Virus record (IMG/VR): IMGVR_UViG_3300020050_007362
Span: 1-64,000 of that record
DNA: 64,000 bases
Direction: 5' to 3' (one strand)
Origin: a virus
Lineage: Duplodnaviria; Caudoviricetes
Numbering within the stretch: position 1 is the first letter of the stretch; the number at the start of each line of letters is the position of its first letter. Made by a program: the position numbers and the translations under genes. A model generated the notes under the pieces. The model was not told the DNA's origin. It did no database searches and saw nothing but the letters and a program-made list of their open reading frames with translations. Shown here one piece after another: positions 29,096 to 40,525 of the stretch.

Positions 29096-31744
29096 TTATT
29101 TAACTCTTCTTGATTTAATTTCAGGAAGAATTTCTAATCCTTGCAAGTTTTTTATACCTGATATTTTTAACTTAACATACCTAGCTTCAGCACCTCTTGA
29201 TAGATGGCATTTACGGCCAGTAAAAGAGCTTGCTTGAGGTGTTTGTGCAACGCCATCCATATAAGCAGTTGTATATGTTAACGTATCGCTGTTTAAATAA
29301 ATAGTCGGTATCGATTTAGCCATGTTAGTACCTAAATCAGTTTCTTTGGTTGCCATATAGGTATCAATAGCTATCCCATTATCTGTAGAACCTTCTAATA
29401 GATATAATCCTGTTGAGGTTACACCGTAAGGTTTATTACCTAACACCACAATATGATCCCAATTTTGGTTAGTATACCGAGTTGATTCATTAGTCACTAT
29501 GTTAAGTACATAGGCTACCGCGTTAGCAACTGTAATTGATCCGATTGCTGATAAATTTAAAAACGGTGCTGGTAATACCGCACTGCCCCAAACTGATGTA
29601 AAAACGGGAAACCCTATAGTGGCATTGCCAATAGCATCAAGCGTACCGGTACTGGATACTGACCACGTTAAGAAGTCTAATGTAGCATTGCCTAAAGGTA
29701 TGTAAGACCCGGTACTAGCCAAGGTAAATACAGGCGCTGTTAATTCGGAATTAGCACCGCCAAAGCTAGTAATTGTAGAACTTATAAATCCAATAGAAGC
29801 GTTGCTAGTACCGTACCCTATACCGGTACTGGATAGCGTAAACGTAGAGAATGCAACATTGGCATTGCCATAATCTAAATGCGTACCGATACAGCTAAAA
29901 GCAGAGAGGTCAATAAAGTTAATGGCGTCTTCTTCTGTTATAGCACCGCCGTAACCTTCTATAGTTGAATCTATAAAAGTTAAAGCGGCACTGTTAACAT
30001 CAGAAGAATATCCGGAAACTACTAGAGTAGAGGTTATGAACGGTAATACTGCAAAGTTTCCTAAATCCGGAAACTGTCCTGCGTAAACGGCCATCGCCCC
30101 TAGCTCACCCGTCATACCGGCGTAGCTATTTAAGTCCCCGTTGTCGGTATAGGTTCCGTTAAAATAAACTGTTGAATTAGCTAATATAGAAGCAGATGCC
30201 GTTACTTTTGCTATGTCTATTACTGAAAAGGCGTTAATGTTAACCTTAGAAACGACTAGGCTGTTTCCCCCTAACGTATAGTTTCCGTTAAAATAAACTG
30301 TTGAATTAGCTAATATAGAAGCAGATGCCGTTACTTTTGCTATGTCTATTACTGAAAAGGCGTTAATCTGACTGGTTTTTGAATGTACTGTACCTGACGA
30401 GTTGTGAGTAGTTCCTAAAACTGACAAAGGTTGTAGTGATACAGTATGGTCTAAGTTGGTTTCGCCTGTTAAACAACGAGCATCTAAAATTAGAGCGTCA
30501 AATCCCGCAGCTATATAAGTAAAATTAACAACTTCAGAACCGGCTCCTGCGCTTGCTGTCATGGACGGTAAGCTTGCTACTACCTCGGCGTAGATTTCAT
30601 ACCCGCTGGTGGCGTTTGCGGTCAATCCCCCTAATGCGGCTTTTACTCCCGTTAAAGTTCGACCTATTGAAGTTAATGTAGAGATGGAAGATATTACTGG
30701 ATATCCTCCAAACTGCTTGTTGTTTGTTAAGGTGGCTACCGCAGTTATATTAACGGCGGCATTAACTCCGTTGGCGTTGCTGTATACCCCTTTAAAAGCA
30801 AGGGTTGCTTGTGCTGATATAGCCGCTGTCGCTTTAGGTCTAGCGTATAAGTTGCCTATAGCCGTAATAGCAGCAAACCTGCTAACTACATCAGACTCAT
30901 TAACTAAAGAGGCGTTATATATTGAATCGCCGCCAGAATATAAAGAACAATCTAACAGCAGTTCATCAAAAGATAGGATTGTAGATTTATAAAATACTTG
31001 GTTGTTTATTGCATAAAATATCTCGTTATCGGTACGTGAAATGGAGAATATATCCCCTGATACGTAAGCCAAACTTGATGTTTTTACTACCCCTTGCTCA
31101 ACAATTTTATAAAAACCGCGTTTAAAAAAGATGCCAAAAGATATCTCAAAGTAATCGCTACCAATGCTATCGTAGACTTCGTTTAACCCAACGACCGCTC
31201 CGGTTACATCTACTCTAGGGGAGAAGGTAGCCGTACCATTCCCTAAAATTGAAACTATAGAACGGGCAGAACTATTCCAACCGGTATTTGGGTTATATAC
31301 TATTTCGTAGGTATCTGGTTGTATGGTGTACGAATAATATCCCGGTGAAGTTACGGTTTTAGTAACGTAGTTAGTTTCGTAATACCCTGCTGTAGTACCG
31401 TTTATAGTGGTTGTAGTAGACCCGTCTGCATTAAAATACTCTATAACAGACCATAATCCATTAAGCGCATTTATTTGAACAAACGATACTTCTTTAGTTA
31501 AAGGTATCCCTGATTCCAGTAAAGTCGTACTACCGTCTGTGTAATGCGCTACTGTATAGTACGGAGATGGAGGGTTAAACCCTACACCAAAAGAAGTAAT
31601 TGTCTGGCTATAAGACGTTCCTGGAACCCATCGAACAACTGGTGTTGTAGTTACTCGCGTTACTGGCGGATTCCAACGGCTTATTGTGTAACCCGATATT
31701 AATACAGGTTCTTCGATAAAAAGTTTCTGTAATATATTACTCAT
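29096..31744 (-). CDS. Tail structural protein (882 aa)
   Basis: Beta-rich repetitive middle; C-terminal AYVLNIVTNESTRYTN...YGVTSTGLYLLEG...ATKETDLG domain. Confidence 0.6.
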   Translation of the reverse strand: MSNILQKLFIEEPVLISGYTISRWNPPVTRVTTTPVVRWVPGTSYSQTITSFGVGFNPPSPYYTVAHYTDGSTTLLESGIPLTKEVSFVQINALNGLWSVIEYFNADGSTTTTINGTTAGYYETNYVTKTVTSPGYYSYTIQPDTYEIVYNPNTGWNSSARSIVSILGNGTATFSPRVDVTGAVVGLNEVYDSIGSDYFEISFGIFFKRGFYKIVEQGVVKTSSLAYVSGDIFSISRTDNEIFYAINNQVFYKSTILSFDELLLDCSLYSGGDSIYNASLVNESDVVSRFAAITAIGNLYARPKATAAISAQATLAFKGVYSNANGVNAAVNITAVATLTNNKQFGGYPVISSISTLTSIGRTLTGVKAALGGLTANATSGYEIYAEVVASLPSMTASAGAGSEVVNFTYIAAGFDALILDARCLTGETNLDHTVSLQPLSVLGTTHNSSGTVHSKTSQINAFSVIDIAKVTASASILANSTVYFNGNYTLGGNSLVVSKVNINAFSVIDIAKVTASASILANSTVYFNGTYTDNGDLNSYAGMTGELGAMAVYAGQFPDLGNFAVLPFITSTLVVSGYSSDVNSAALTFIDSTIEGYGGAITEEDAINFIDLSAFSCIGTHLDYGNANVAFSTFTLSSTGIGYGTSNASIGFISSTITSFGGANSELTAPVFTLASTGSYIPLGNATLDFLTWSVSSTGTLDAIGNATIGFPVFTSVWGSAVLPAPFLNLSAIGSITVANAVAYVLNIVTNESTRYTNQNWDHIVVLGNKPYGVTSTGLYLLEGSTDNGIAIDTYMATKETDLGTNMAKSIPTIYLNSDTLTYTTAYMDGVAQTPQASSFTGRKCHLSRGAEARYVKLKISGIKNLQGLEILPEIKSRRVK
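30154..30367. repeat. 85-bp exact in-frame duplication (30154-30238 and 30283-30367)
   Basis: Encodes INAFSVIDIAKVTASASILANSTVYFNG twice; 129-bp period. Confidence 0.95.
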
Positions 31745-33507
31745 TTCCTTTCCTTTTTCTTAGCCCATGCGCCGGTAGTAAAATACCTATTTAAGTACGG
31801 TGCTTCGGTATGCGTTAACTCATATATTTTACGGTGGTACCCTTCTTGAAAAGCAGTTGCCGCGCTTTGTTCGGTTTGAGTATCTATCCTAAAATCCAAA
31901 GCTTTATTAGGATCAGTATCTCCTGTTTCTTCATTTATTATACAAGGCGCGTAGACGCATAGGTTTCTTATCTCCCACGGTTCGGTTTTTAAATGCGGTA
32001 TAGCGGCTATAGTTTGCGGTATCATCATTATCTTTATAGGGGCATATAGCGTATCGGGTATATAAAAGTTACTAGCGGAAGTCGGAACTTGATTGCCACT
32101 TGATTGTAGATTTGTTCCATTACTCCATTCTTTACCGTAGGCTGTTACGTACACTCCGCCGTTTGAAGAATACGCAGTTATCCCCCTTATACGTAAATCA
32201 AGGCCTGAAATATAATTTATGAATGATGAGCCTTCGCCCTCATACCACGTTCCTGCACTGGATTCCTTAGTCTTTACATCTATGTTATGCGTTAGTTCTA
32301 ATGCTTGTATTAAAGTGCCGTCCGCTGTAGCTATTTTTAACCATATATCTATAGCACTATGCTGCGATTTAATATTGTTATATTGAGCGCGTACTCCGAG
32401 ACCGTAGTCAGCAATCGATATTAATTCATATAGTTGTTTAGGTCTAACTTTATCTACCGCCGTATAAACAGTGTAAAAATGATCCCCAACTTCTCCTAGT
32501 ATATCTCCGTTAGATATAGAAGTTTCCGTAGCTAAAATAGCCTTACCAAACCTATAATCAAATCCGTAAAGTGTAGCTATAACTAATTCATTTTCTTCAG
32601 TAGTCCAGTCATAGTCAGCGGCTATACAAAAATCCTCAGTCTCACCTTCCCTTAACTTCTGTATACCTGCAAAGTTCCCATTGCCGTCTAATATCAATCC
32701 TATTTCTATTACGTAGGAGGTATTAAATTCTCCTATTGTAGGAGTTGATTGGCTAGGTGGTTGTGTAGTACCAAATCGCTCAGCATCGCGTACCCATACA
32801 ACGCTACAGGCTTTGTCACCTGCCCTATTAAAAGACCAAAACCCCTTTGCATCTTTATCGTTGGAGGCATTGGTAACCCATTCACCAAATATATAACCTG
32901 AAAAAACTATCTGTTGAGATGTCATATCTTCAACAAATACTATACTCTTAGTGCTCGTACCACCTGGTTGTATGTACCATAGGTACTTACCCGCTATGGC
33001 AGACGCGCTTGCTAAGCTGGAACTTTTATAACTTTCTGTAGTACCGCCAAAGTACACCCTAGAGGGACCTACGTAAGTGTACAAGTAGTCGACGTTTATT
33101 TTTTGAAATATGTTTCTATATCGAGCCGCCGCTCCATTTGTTACATACCCATTCAATGAATACCATACGTTGTAAGGTACCGCTAATGTATTAGCGTTTT
33201 TTAATATTTTAGCGGGGGATGTTTCTACCCCGTTGTAGAAATCTAGTCCCGTATAAACGTAATCTTCCCAATTTATATATCCTATAGGTACTGTAAACTC
33301 ATAACCGCCTTCGGTATATATAAAGGCTTGTGGATGCCCATTAATCATCTTTATAAATATCTTTACATCAGCATTTACTTGTTTCCATGTGCTCATGTTT
33401 TGGTTAGTACGGTTATAAATACTAACTAACTGCTGTTTTAAAAACTCAGCTTGTCCAAACCATTTCTGGCCTTCAGCAATGTCCCCGATTATTATGGTAT
33501 TAGACAT
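31741..33507 (-). CDS. Putative tail structural protein
   Basis: Start reassigned to MSNTIIIGD at 33507 (8-nt overlap with the upstream stop); Tyr/Gly-rich beta composition. Confidence 0.55.
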   Translation of the reverse strand: MSNTIIIGDIAEGQKWFGQAEFLKQQLVSIYNRTNQNMSTWKQVNADVKIFIKMINGHPQAFIYTEGGYEFTVPIGYINWEDYVYTGLDFYNGVETSPAKILKNANTLAVPYNVWYSLNGYVTNGAAARYRNIFQKINVDYLYTYVGPSRVYFGGTTESYKSSSLASASAIAGKYLWYIQPGGTSTKSIVFVEDMTSQQIVFSGYIFGEWVTNASNDKDAKGFWSFNRAGDKACSVVWVRDAERFGTTQPPSQSTPTIGEFNTSYVIEIGLILDGNGNFAGIQKLREGETEDFCIAADYDWTTEENELVIATLYGFDYRFGKAILATETSISNGDILGEVGDHFYTVYTAVDKVRPKQLYELISIADYGLGVRAQYNNIKSQHSAIDIWLKIATADGTLIQALELTHNIDVKTKESSAGTWYEGEGSSFINYISGLDLRIRGITAYSSNGGVYVTAYGKEWSNGTNLQSSGNQVPTSASNFYIPDTLYAPIKIMMIPQTIAAIPHLKTEPWEIRNLCVYAPCIINEETGDTDPNKALDFRIDTQTEQSAATAFQEGYHRKIYELTHTEAPYLNRYFTTGAWAKKKERK

Positions 33508-34642
33508 CGGATTCTTCCGAGTTAATGTAGTCTTTCCAAAAAACTGACGTAAGTGCCTCCACATAACCTGTGCGGATTAGCGTATTGCTACCAGCAGTGT
33601 TAGTAACCGTTAAGGTAACTGTATAGACACCTTTTACTGCGTAGGTGTGCGTGGGATTCTGTGTTGTACTGGTGGCTCCATCCCCAAACATCCATGCCCA
33701 ACTGGTAGGTGCGTTTATTGAAGTATCTGTAAAAGCAACTGTAAGAGGTCCATTTCCCTTTAGTGGTGTACCCGTAAAGTTGGCTACTGGAATTATTACA
33801 ACCAAAGCTGAGGAGGCCGCAATAGCCATCCAAGTCCTAGCGGCTGGCATAGCATTAATAGTCCAAGTACTCCCGTTTACCGATGACACTGTTTGGGAAC
33901 TACCCATTGCTACACAACAAAATTTACTGCCGTTCCACGCTGGTCTTGACCAAGATCGTGAAGGGATAACACCAGAGTTAACAGTCCAATTAATTCCATC
34001 TGCGGAGGTCATTGTATCCGGTCCTACAGATACTCCACAGAATATCCCATTACCCGCTCCCAGGTAAGAAAAACCCATAAATCCCGCTGCCGTTGCGTCC
34101 GCCCATGTTAAGCCATTATTGGAGGTGGATGTGACATTACTCCATGATTGTACCGCGCAAAAAGTTGTGCCGTTAAAAGCTATATCGATACTACCATGCG
34201 ATAAAGAACCAACGGTCCATGTACTACCGTTAGCAGATGTATACGCATTGGGGCCACCAGCGTCAGATACTACACAAAAAACAGACCCGTTTGAGGCAAT
34301 GCCGTTATTAGTATATAAAGGTAAAGTACGCTGAAACCATGTAATACCATCAACCGAAGTAACTGCAAATTCAGAATCGGATATGATACAAAATACACCG
34401 GCGTTATAACCTATTTTAGTCCAGTTTCTTGAAACTGGAAGCGTGTATTCGCTCCATGTAATGCCATCCGTGGAAATGGCAACTTTATTTGTCCCCGCAG
34501 CCACGGTTACAAATAAACCACCCCCATAACAGATATCAATCCATGTTCGTGATGCCGGTAATGGGTGTTCAACCCATGTAGCCCCATTGGAGGATGTGGC
34601 AGATACCGCAGTTCCATAGGCTACCGCGCAAAAAGTCGTCAT
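33500..34642 (-). CDS. Beta-propeller (BNR/YVTN-like repeats) plus PKD domain adhesin-like virion protein
   Basis: Repeated S.DGITW/S.NG.TW blades; PKD motif [22 protein letters not shown]...[23 protein letters not shown]. Confidence 0.8.
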   Translation of the reverse strand: MTTFCAVAYGTAVSATSSNGATWVEHPLPASRTWIDICYGGGLFVTVAAGTNKVAISTDGITWSEYTLPVSRNWTKIGYNAGVFCIISDSEFAVTSVDGITWFQRTLPLYTNNGIASNGSVFCVVSDAGGPNAYTSANGSTWTVGSLSHGSIDIAFNGTTFCAVQSWSNVTSTSNNGLTWADATAAGFMGFSYLGAGNGIFCGVSVGPDTMTSADGINWTVNSGVIPSRSWSRPAWNGSKFCCVAMGSSQTVSSVNGSTWTINAMPAARTWMAIAASSALVVIIPVANFTGTPLKGNGPLTVAFTDTSINAPTSWAWMFGDGATSTTQNPTHTYAVKGVYTVTLTVTNTAGSNTLIRTGYVEALTSVFWKDYINSEESDV

Positions 34643-34700
34643 CGTTTAACCTATTAAAGCTTTTAACATATGTGTGCCTTATTTTTAATTATGCTTTCCG

Positions 34701-35840
34701 TTAAAAATCTTTTTCTTTTGTATGTATGTAATCTTTCCAAAACTTAGGTACCGGCGGAATTACATCGGAGATATTTAAAGACGCAGTTAATATTCGTTGA
34801 CCTGCGTTGATGTTTCCAAATCGATTACCTGGGTACGGTGTTACACCATCATCTTCTACAGCTTCCCAATTTAAACTATCCGTTGATCGAAGAAGCCCTA
34901 ATCGTGTAATTACTAAGTAATGTGTTCCAGTATAGGTAACACTGAATACCGCGTTAGATGGAGCCCCCCACGTAGCTACTATTGAACTTGATGTTCCGTA
35001 GTCCGCATCTATAAAATCTGTATCGTTTTCTATATTATATTTTTTTAGATTGCTGAAATAACAACGATCTCTATCGTAGGTCGGGAATAATGGGTAAAAA
35101 CTATATGATCCCGAATAAACGATGTTTAAACCGTTCATCACTGCCATCTGCGCATATCCGGCGTAATTCCATCTTGTTGATGTCTGTTCCCACGTTACTC
35201 CCGAATCAGTTGAGTAGTTTACCCTACCGCCTTCCCCGTATGGATTCAAAAGAACTATATACCCACCTCCGTTTAACAACGTATGTACTTGATTGCTCCT
35301 TGCAGTAGTTGGTGTAAAACTAGGTGAGGATGGGGGGTTAAATGGTGGGTAGTAATCCAGTTGTGTAAACTCAGTCCAAGTAATACCATCAGGTGAAGTT
35401 GTTGCTAAAGGTATCTCATTTCCTAACCCGTCATCCCCGTAACCAAATGCACAGAATACTCCAGCCTCGTAAACTAACCCTTTCCAAGTTAACTCTGCTG
35501 GTAATAACTGCTCTGCCCACGTTATTCCATCGGCAGATGTAGCGCATACATTGGTATCATTAAGTAACGCTAGAAATACCAACCCATTCCATGCGATATT
35601 ATTCCAGTTACCTATGGAAGGTAAAGTTCCGTAATTAATAGTATCTCCGTCTATTGTCGTAAAAACAATGTCAGAGTCATACGGTGTAACGCAGAACACG
35701 GTACCGTTAGAACATATAGCGCTTGTATCGTGGGTTATATCCGTAGGGCATTCAGTCCAAGAAGTCCCATTGTCTGTAGAAATAAGAGCAACATCAGGCG
35801 AAGAAGGACATAAAGTAAATATTTTGTTTATAATAGCCAT
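34701..35840 (-). CDS. Beta-propeller paralogue without PKD
   Basis: STDNGTSW, SADGITW, SPDGITW and STDSGVTW repeats. Confidence 0.7.
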   Translation of the reverse strand: MAIINKIFTLCPSSPDVALISTDNGTSWTECPTDITHDTSAICSNGTVFCVTPYDSDIVFTTIDGDTINYGTLPSIGNWNNIAWNGLVFLALLNDTNVCATSADGITWAEQLLPAELTWKGLVYEAGVFCAFGYGDDGLGNEIPLATTSPDGITWTEFTQLDYYPPFNPPSSPSFTPTTARSNQVHTLLNGGGYIVLLNPYGEGGRVNYSTDSGVTWEQTSTRWNYAGYAQMAVMNGLNIVYSGSYSFYPLFPTYDRDRCYFSNLKKYNIENDTDFIDADYGTSSSIVATWGAPSNAVFSVTYTGTHYLVITRLGLLRSTDSLNWEAVEDDGVTPYPGNRFGNINAGQRILTASLNISDVIPPVPKFWKDYIHTKEKDF

Positions 35841-35865
35841 CCGATATTACTCCTATATTACGTAA

Positions 35866-36306
35866 TTAACCTGGCAATGCAACGGAGAAATAATCAATAG
35901 TTTGAGTTGCTCCGCCAGATAAAGAAACGCTTGTCATTACTAACTCAGACCCGGAAGTTGCTGCTGTACCTTGTAAACGAACTTCCGTTGTAGATGCTGC
36001 GCCGGTATCCCCTGTTTTTACAAATCGCCAAAACACGGCTGTACCGCTCAATGCGTTAACACCTTGCCACACTTCATTTGCCTTTGAAACAGCACCTAAA
36101 GCTGCTACAGAAGCCATTGATAGTCCTGTTGACCCATCACCGTTTTTAGTTATAGTGCATAAAAGAACAGCTGATCCAATAGAAGAATCAGCATCTGAAG
36201 GTACGGTTCCTGAATATATTTTAATAAAACCACCATCTAATTGTGATTTTAAACTACCAGTTACCAACATGTTGTTTCGTAATGCTGTTGATGCTTTAAG
36301 TGCCAT
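35866..36306 (-). CDS. Small tail structural protein
   Basis: MALKASTALRNNML...LDGGFIKIYSGTVPSDAD...RLQGT pattern; paralogous to 38943-39395. Confidence 0.65.
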   Translation of the reverse strand: MALKASTALRNNMLVTGSLKSQLDGGFIKIYSGTVPSDADSSIGSAVLLCTITKNGDGSTGLSMASVAALGAVSKANEVWQGVNALSGTAVFWRFVKTGDTGAASTTEVRLQGTAATSGSELVMTSVSLSGGATQTIDYFSVALPG

Positions 36307-36327
36307 TGATATGTCCTTTTTTAAAAG

Positions 36328-36969
36328 TTAATTGTATCTGATTTCATACGTTCCTACTGTATCTCGCCAGTAAGGTAAAGGTAATGGTAAATCTACTACA
36401 TTAGATAAAGTTAACATGGAGGTAGCTGTTATACTTCCAGTAAATGTTACACTTGTAGGAACCGCTATTAAAGTTGTAATAGTCAAGATCGAAGCCGATG
36501 CAAAAAGGGTCTCGACTATTAAGTTACTTGAAGCACTTATACTTGCTGAATAGTTACTAATTACCCCAACAGCATTTAAAGTAGAAACAGTGGATATAGT
36601 AGCTTCGTTTCTAGGTGTAGCTACAATATTGCTTAAAGCGCTGATATTTGCTAAAGATGTACTGGTTAAACCTGTCGCAGTTAAACTAGCTACACCGTTT
36701 AAAGTGGCTGTATTAGTATTGGTTAAACCTGTTGCAGTTAAACTAGCTACACTGTTTAAAGTGGCTGTATTAGTATTGGTTAAACCTGTTGCAGTTAAAT
36801 CTGATATTGCGCTAATATTTGCAAAAGGGTATATATCTGCTGTTAAAACAGAACTTGCAACAATATCAGCAGTTCCTTTTGCACTTATATCCCCTAAAAA
36901 ATCAAACGCTACTGCATTACCCGTAGGGGCAATGTAAGTTCCAGCAAACGTTAAATCAATATAGGCCAT
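36328..36969 (-). CDS. Repetitive Ala/Ser/Thr-rich fibre-like protein with a 57-bp tandem repeat
   Basis: TATGLTNTNTATLN(S/G)VASL repeated about 2.4 times (36663-36799). Confidence 0.6.
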   Translation of the reverse strand: MAYIDLTFAGTYIAPTGNAVAFDFLGDISAKGTADIVASSVLTADIYPFANISAISDLTATGLTNTNTATLNSVASLTATGLTNTNTATLNGVASLTATGLTSTSLANISALSNIVATPRNEATISTVSTLNAVGVISNYSASISASSNLIVETLFASASILTITTLIAVPTSVTFTGSITATSMLTLSNVVDLPLPLPYWRDTVGTYEIRYN

Positions 36970-36973
36970 GTTT

Positions 36974-37342
36974 TTAAGTTGCCGTTATATTTGAATAGAT
37001 TATGTCGTTGTATACGTTACCTATATCTGTAGTAGTAACGGTATAAATATAACCTTTATTAAGTCCTGTAAATGAATAAGTACCATCAATGTTAGCCCAT
37101 ATTTCTCTGATTAATATCCCGGTACTGTTTTCATAAAGTCTTACCCTCCGTTTAGCAGCGGTAGTTCCTATTTTTACAGTACCTGAAATTACACCTGTCC
37201 CTCCGTAGATAGCGTTTTTATAATTGTGCAGGGCTGTATATTTTGCGGGAATAGCTTTATATTTTTTAGGTAAACTAATCCAACTTAAAAACGATTTCTT
37301 TAGTACCGTATTTACGAGTTTTGAATAAGTTGGGTCGGCCAT
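36974..37342 (-). CDS. Carboxypeptidase-regulatory-like (Ig-like) tail accessory protein
   Basis: ISGTVKIGTTAAKRRVRLYENSTGILIREIWANIDGTYSFTGL; typical partner of the upstream tail protein. Confidence 0.6.
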   Translation of the reverse strand: MADPTYSKLVNTVLKKSFLSWISLPKKYKAIPAKYTALHNYKNAIYGGTGVISGTVKIGTTAAKRRVRLYENSTGILIREIWANIDGTYSFTGLNKGYIYTVTTTDIGNVYNDIIYSNITAT

Positions 37343-37345
37343 AGG

Positions 37346-38509
37346 TTATCTCCAAGGTCCGTCAATATCTACATGAGTTTCGCCGGGTGTTGTAGTTACA
37401 TACGCAGTTGCTATGGTATATATTCTTCTACCGATAGGTGAAACGTTAGCCGCTAATAACGCACCGTGTCCAAGTGGCCTAATTTGAAGGGGTTGATATA
37501 TTCCTTTTATCTGGGCTCTTATTACAGAAGTATCTGCTAAGAATAAAGGCGCTACATATAACCCATTATTAGCTGGTGAAGGATAACTGAATATCGAGGT
37601 AGCCGCTCCTATAGTACCTGAACCTAAAGTATAACTCCCATGTAAACTTGCACCTACTGATGTTCCTATCTGGGTATAGAGCCTTGCAAAGTAAAATCCA
37701 GGAAATACACTTAGTGAGGGGCTTGTTTGTATTAAATAAGTTGTTGAACCCGTGGTGGGTGTGGATAATGATGCAGCCGTATCACCATAGATCAAACACC
37801 CGTAGGGATCACTTGCCATTTCAGACGCAGGATCGCCAAAATGAAACTGCCTATAGATATTATCATAAGAAGGATTACAAACATAAAAGAAATGAAACTC
37901 AAACCCATCACCTACTAAAATCCATTTACGCGCTGCGGTAGTTGCTACATCAGATTTACTAATGTATAAACCTCCCGATAACTGTGTATCAGTAGGAAAT
38001 AATCCTGTTCCTGTATTAACATCCGTCATGGCTTCATAGCCTCGAACTCTGGCGGTTGTGGTACCCGTATCGTCTACACGAAGATACAAACGGGTACTGG
38101 CGCCTTCATTACTTCTATAAGCAGCTAGGTTAGTCCCTGAAAAAGCTTTGCTCCAACCTAATGGAGCGACTACGGAAGTAATAGTACCGGTAGCGGGAGT
38201 TGCTGGCGTTCCTGCGACAGTAAAATCAAACGTATTAGTTGTTACATTGGTAATGGTAAACGTACCGTTGTATTCGGTTTCATTAGCACCGCTAATTTGT
38301 ATCTTACTTAATCCATCAGCTGCATAACCGTGCGATGCAAACGTAGCTGTAGCCGTAGCCCCTGAGCGAGTTATGCTAGTAAGGGTACGACTGTTGTAGC
38401 CATTGACTAAACACGCATCTAATAGTGTCGTAATATCCCCTGCTGTTCCTGATGATCTAGGTGCTCCAGTGTCAGTGGAGCGAAGCAGCATAACTGTAGT
38501 GCCGCTCAT
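37346..38509 (-). CDS. Tail fibre-like structural protein (387 aa)
   Basis: STDTGAP...LLDACLVNGY...PLGWSKAF...YLRVDD...WILVGD motif series known from phage tail proteins. Confidence 0.65.
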   Translation of the reverse strand: MSGTTVMLLRSTDTGAPRSSGTAGDITTLLDACLVNGYNSRTLTSITRSGATATATFASHGYAADGLSKIQISGANETEYNGTFTITNVTTNTFDFTVAGTPATPATGTITSVVAPLGWSKAFSGTNLAAYRSNEGASTRLYLRVDDTGTTTARVRGYEAMTDVNTGTGLFPTDTQLSGGLYISKSDVATTAARKWILVGDGFEFHFFYVCNPSYDNIYRQFHFGDPASEMASDPYGCLIYGDTAASLSTPTTGSTTYLIQTSPSLSVFPGFYFARLYTQIGTSVGASLHGSYTLGSGTIGAATSIFSYPSPANNGLYVAPLFLADTSVIRAQIKGIYQPLQIRPLGHGALLAANVSPIGRRIYTIATAYVTTTPGETHVDIDGPWR

Positions 38510-38519
38510 GGTTTATTCC

Positions 38520-38933
38520 TTAATCTAGTGCAACAGTGATAGCGCCAACATCAAACGCTAACGTTTTACCAACTGTTCTTGAAATACTTGCACCTAAAGC
38601 GGTTGATTCAAGTAAATTTCCTCCGGTTAACGCATCAAATATGCCTATGTGTGTCACTGTATAAGCGGCTGCTCCAGAGCCGTATACAACAGCAGCAAAC
38701 GTTTGAGCATTTGAAGATAAAGCAATACCGGTTGCTAAAGTAGTTGCGGCAAACGTGATCAGTTGCCTTGCATAGGCAGTATCATCAGTCGTTGCGCTAA
38801 CTTCTGTTCCTGAATTGGCTTCACCTGGATCAGATTTATATAACGCAACGTATTTATTAGTAGGTGCAGTAAAAGCAGTTACACCGTTTAAATGATCCAA
38901 TAAAGCTTTTTCTGTATAGTTTGAGAATGACAT
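38520..38933 (-). CDS. Small tail structural protein
   Basis: MSFSNYTEKALLDH...YVALY..DPGE...YARQ...THIGIFDALTGGNLL pattern. Confidence 0.7.
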   Translation of the reverse strand: MSFSNYTEKALLDHLNGVTAFTAPTNKYVALYKSDPGEANSGTEVSATTDDTAYARQLITFAATTLATGIALSSNAQTFAAVVYGSGAAAYTVTHIGIFDALTGGNLLESTALGASISRTVGKTLAFDVGAITVALD

Positions 38934-38942
38934 GTTTAATCC

Positions 38943-39395
38943 TTATGCAGCGGTAATAGTAAAAGTATCTATTGTAATAATAGAGTTTACGGCGGAAGTA
39001 ACGGTTGATAACCTAACGTCCCCTGATGTAATGCCTACAGACATATCGATTCTAGGCAATGTAACACTGCTTAATTGATTATCCGCCGCATTACCTTGAA
39101 ACCGCATATACCCAATTGTTCCCGCAGCTACACCTTTAAATTTCCAATCTTCAGCGGCTGCTTTAGAAATAGACTTGCCTACTGGTGCATCAAACTCCAA
39201 ACCATTAGTAACAGTACCCTCGGTAAAAGTGCCACCTGCTAAAGAGACAGTACCTAACAATGTACCTGTAGCTGCTGCATCAGCTGAAGCGGGTTGAGCC
39301 CCTGAGTATACACGTATAACGCCGTTAGCTAACGTGGCTTTCAATGAGGTTGTACCCATCATTGAATTAATAAGACCTGTTGAGTATGAAATCAT
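38943..39395 (-). CDS. Small tail structural protein
   Basis: GVIRVYSGAQPASADAAATGTLL...RIDMSVG; paralogue of 35866-36306. Confidence 0.65.
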   Translation of the reverse strand: MISYSTGLINSMMGTTSLKATLANGVIRVYSGAQPASADAAATGTLLGTVSLAGGTFTEGTVTNGLEFDAPVGKSISKAAAEDWKFKGVAAGTIGYMRFQGNAADNQLSSVTLPRIDMSVGITSGDVRLSTVTSAVNSIITIDTFTITAA

Positions 39396-39424
39396 TTTGT
39401 TTCCTTAATATTTATATTTAAAAT

Positions 39425-40525
39425 TTAATATCGAGAGTTAAACGGTACGCCTGAACCGTCTGTTAAGGCTACAAATTTCTGTAACCCATCCTGATAAACT
39501 AAAGCGGTTGAGCATTTATCTCCCATAGCAAAAGATGCTTTATCAGAAGATATATTGGCAAAGGGTAGAGCTCTACAAACACCCCATTTAGTGTGCATAT
39601 AAACCGTTTTATCAGTCCCTCTAGCAAATGGTCTTCCTGATATAACGCCATAAGTTGCCAAAGTAGTCAATACATCCCCGTCAAACACATATATTACGCT
39701 ATCTGTACCGATAATAAGACCGCCATTAGCGGACATCATTCCGCGCACTTCTCCGGGTACTACAATATAACCATTAATGGCATCGTAAATATGGTATAGA
39801 AAAGGATCGGAAAACCAAATGACTGTTGAACCGTTACTTTGCGCTTGGCTTACCCATAACCGGCTATCGTGAAAAGCTATTTGCTTTACTTTATCCGGAA
39901 ACGGTTGTGATATTGTTTGATATTGGGCTAATTGAATGCCCTCCGCGTTGTAGTACACGGCGCCATCTACATCCGTGATATAAACAATAGCAGTAAATCC
40001 AACAGGTGCTACTATAGGCAATACAGAAAATCCACCGGTAGTTGTTAGTTCTATTGAGGATATAGGGGAAGAACCTCCCTCCATGCCGTCAGCTGATCGA
40101 TACGTGTAACAAACACTGTACGTGCCGGCAAAACTATTTCCGCTTGTAGCGATTAAATTTGGAGGTATTTCAGGGCTTGGTATTTTAATATTAATAGCAA
40201 TATCATTTTGAATCTTCAAACCATCGTTAGTAAAAAGCACTTCACCGAAGTCTGTAAATTCTGTTGCCGTTGATGGGCAAATGGGTATGAGCGTTAGATC
40301 ATCTCGTACTCTATTTAAAATACCGTTTGATATGATGTATACAGATTGATCAAAAGTTGAATACGCAGTTGATATAGAGACTGATTTAGCTAAAGAACAA
40401 CCATTACGTTGGCTAATAGCGCCTTCTACCGAGATATCTACGTTAACTGCTTCAGAACAAGCGTTGTTTGGTATCGATCTAATAGGTTCGGTGTTTCTAA
40501 TACCGAGAAACTTTGATACCAACAT
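39425..40525 (-). CDS. Putative tail tubular/stabilisation (nozzle-like) protein
   Basis: KFLGIRN...EAVNVDIS..GAISQRNG N-terminus and HDSRLWV...WFSDP propeller motifs typical of podovirus tail stabilisation proteins. Confidence 0.6.
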   Translation of the reverse strand: MLVSKFLGIRNTEPIRSIPNNACSEAVNVDISVEGAISQRNGCSLAKSVSISTAYSTFDQSVYIISNGILNRVRDDLTLIPICPSTATEFTDFGEVLFTNDGLKIQNDIAINIKIPSPEIPPNLIATSGNSFAGTYSVCYTYRSADGMEGGSSPISSIELTTTGGFSVLPIVAPVGFTAIVYITDVDGAVYYNAEGIQLAQYQTISQPFPDKVKQIAFHDSRLWVSQAQSNGSTVIWFSDPFLYHIYDAINGYIVVPGEVRGMMSANGGLIIGTDSVIYVFDGDVLTTLATYGVISGRPFARGTDKTVYMHTKWGVCRALPFANISSDKASFAMGDKCSTALVYQDGLQKFVALTDGSGVPFNSRY

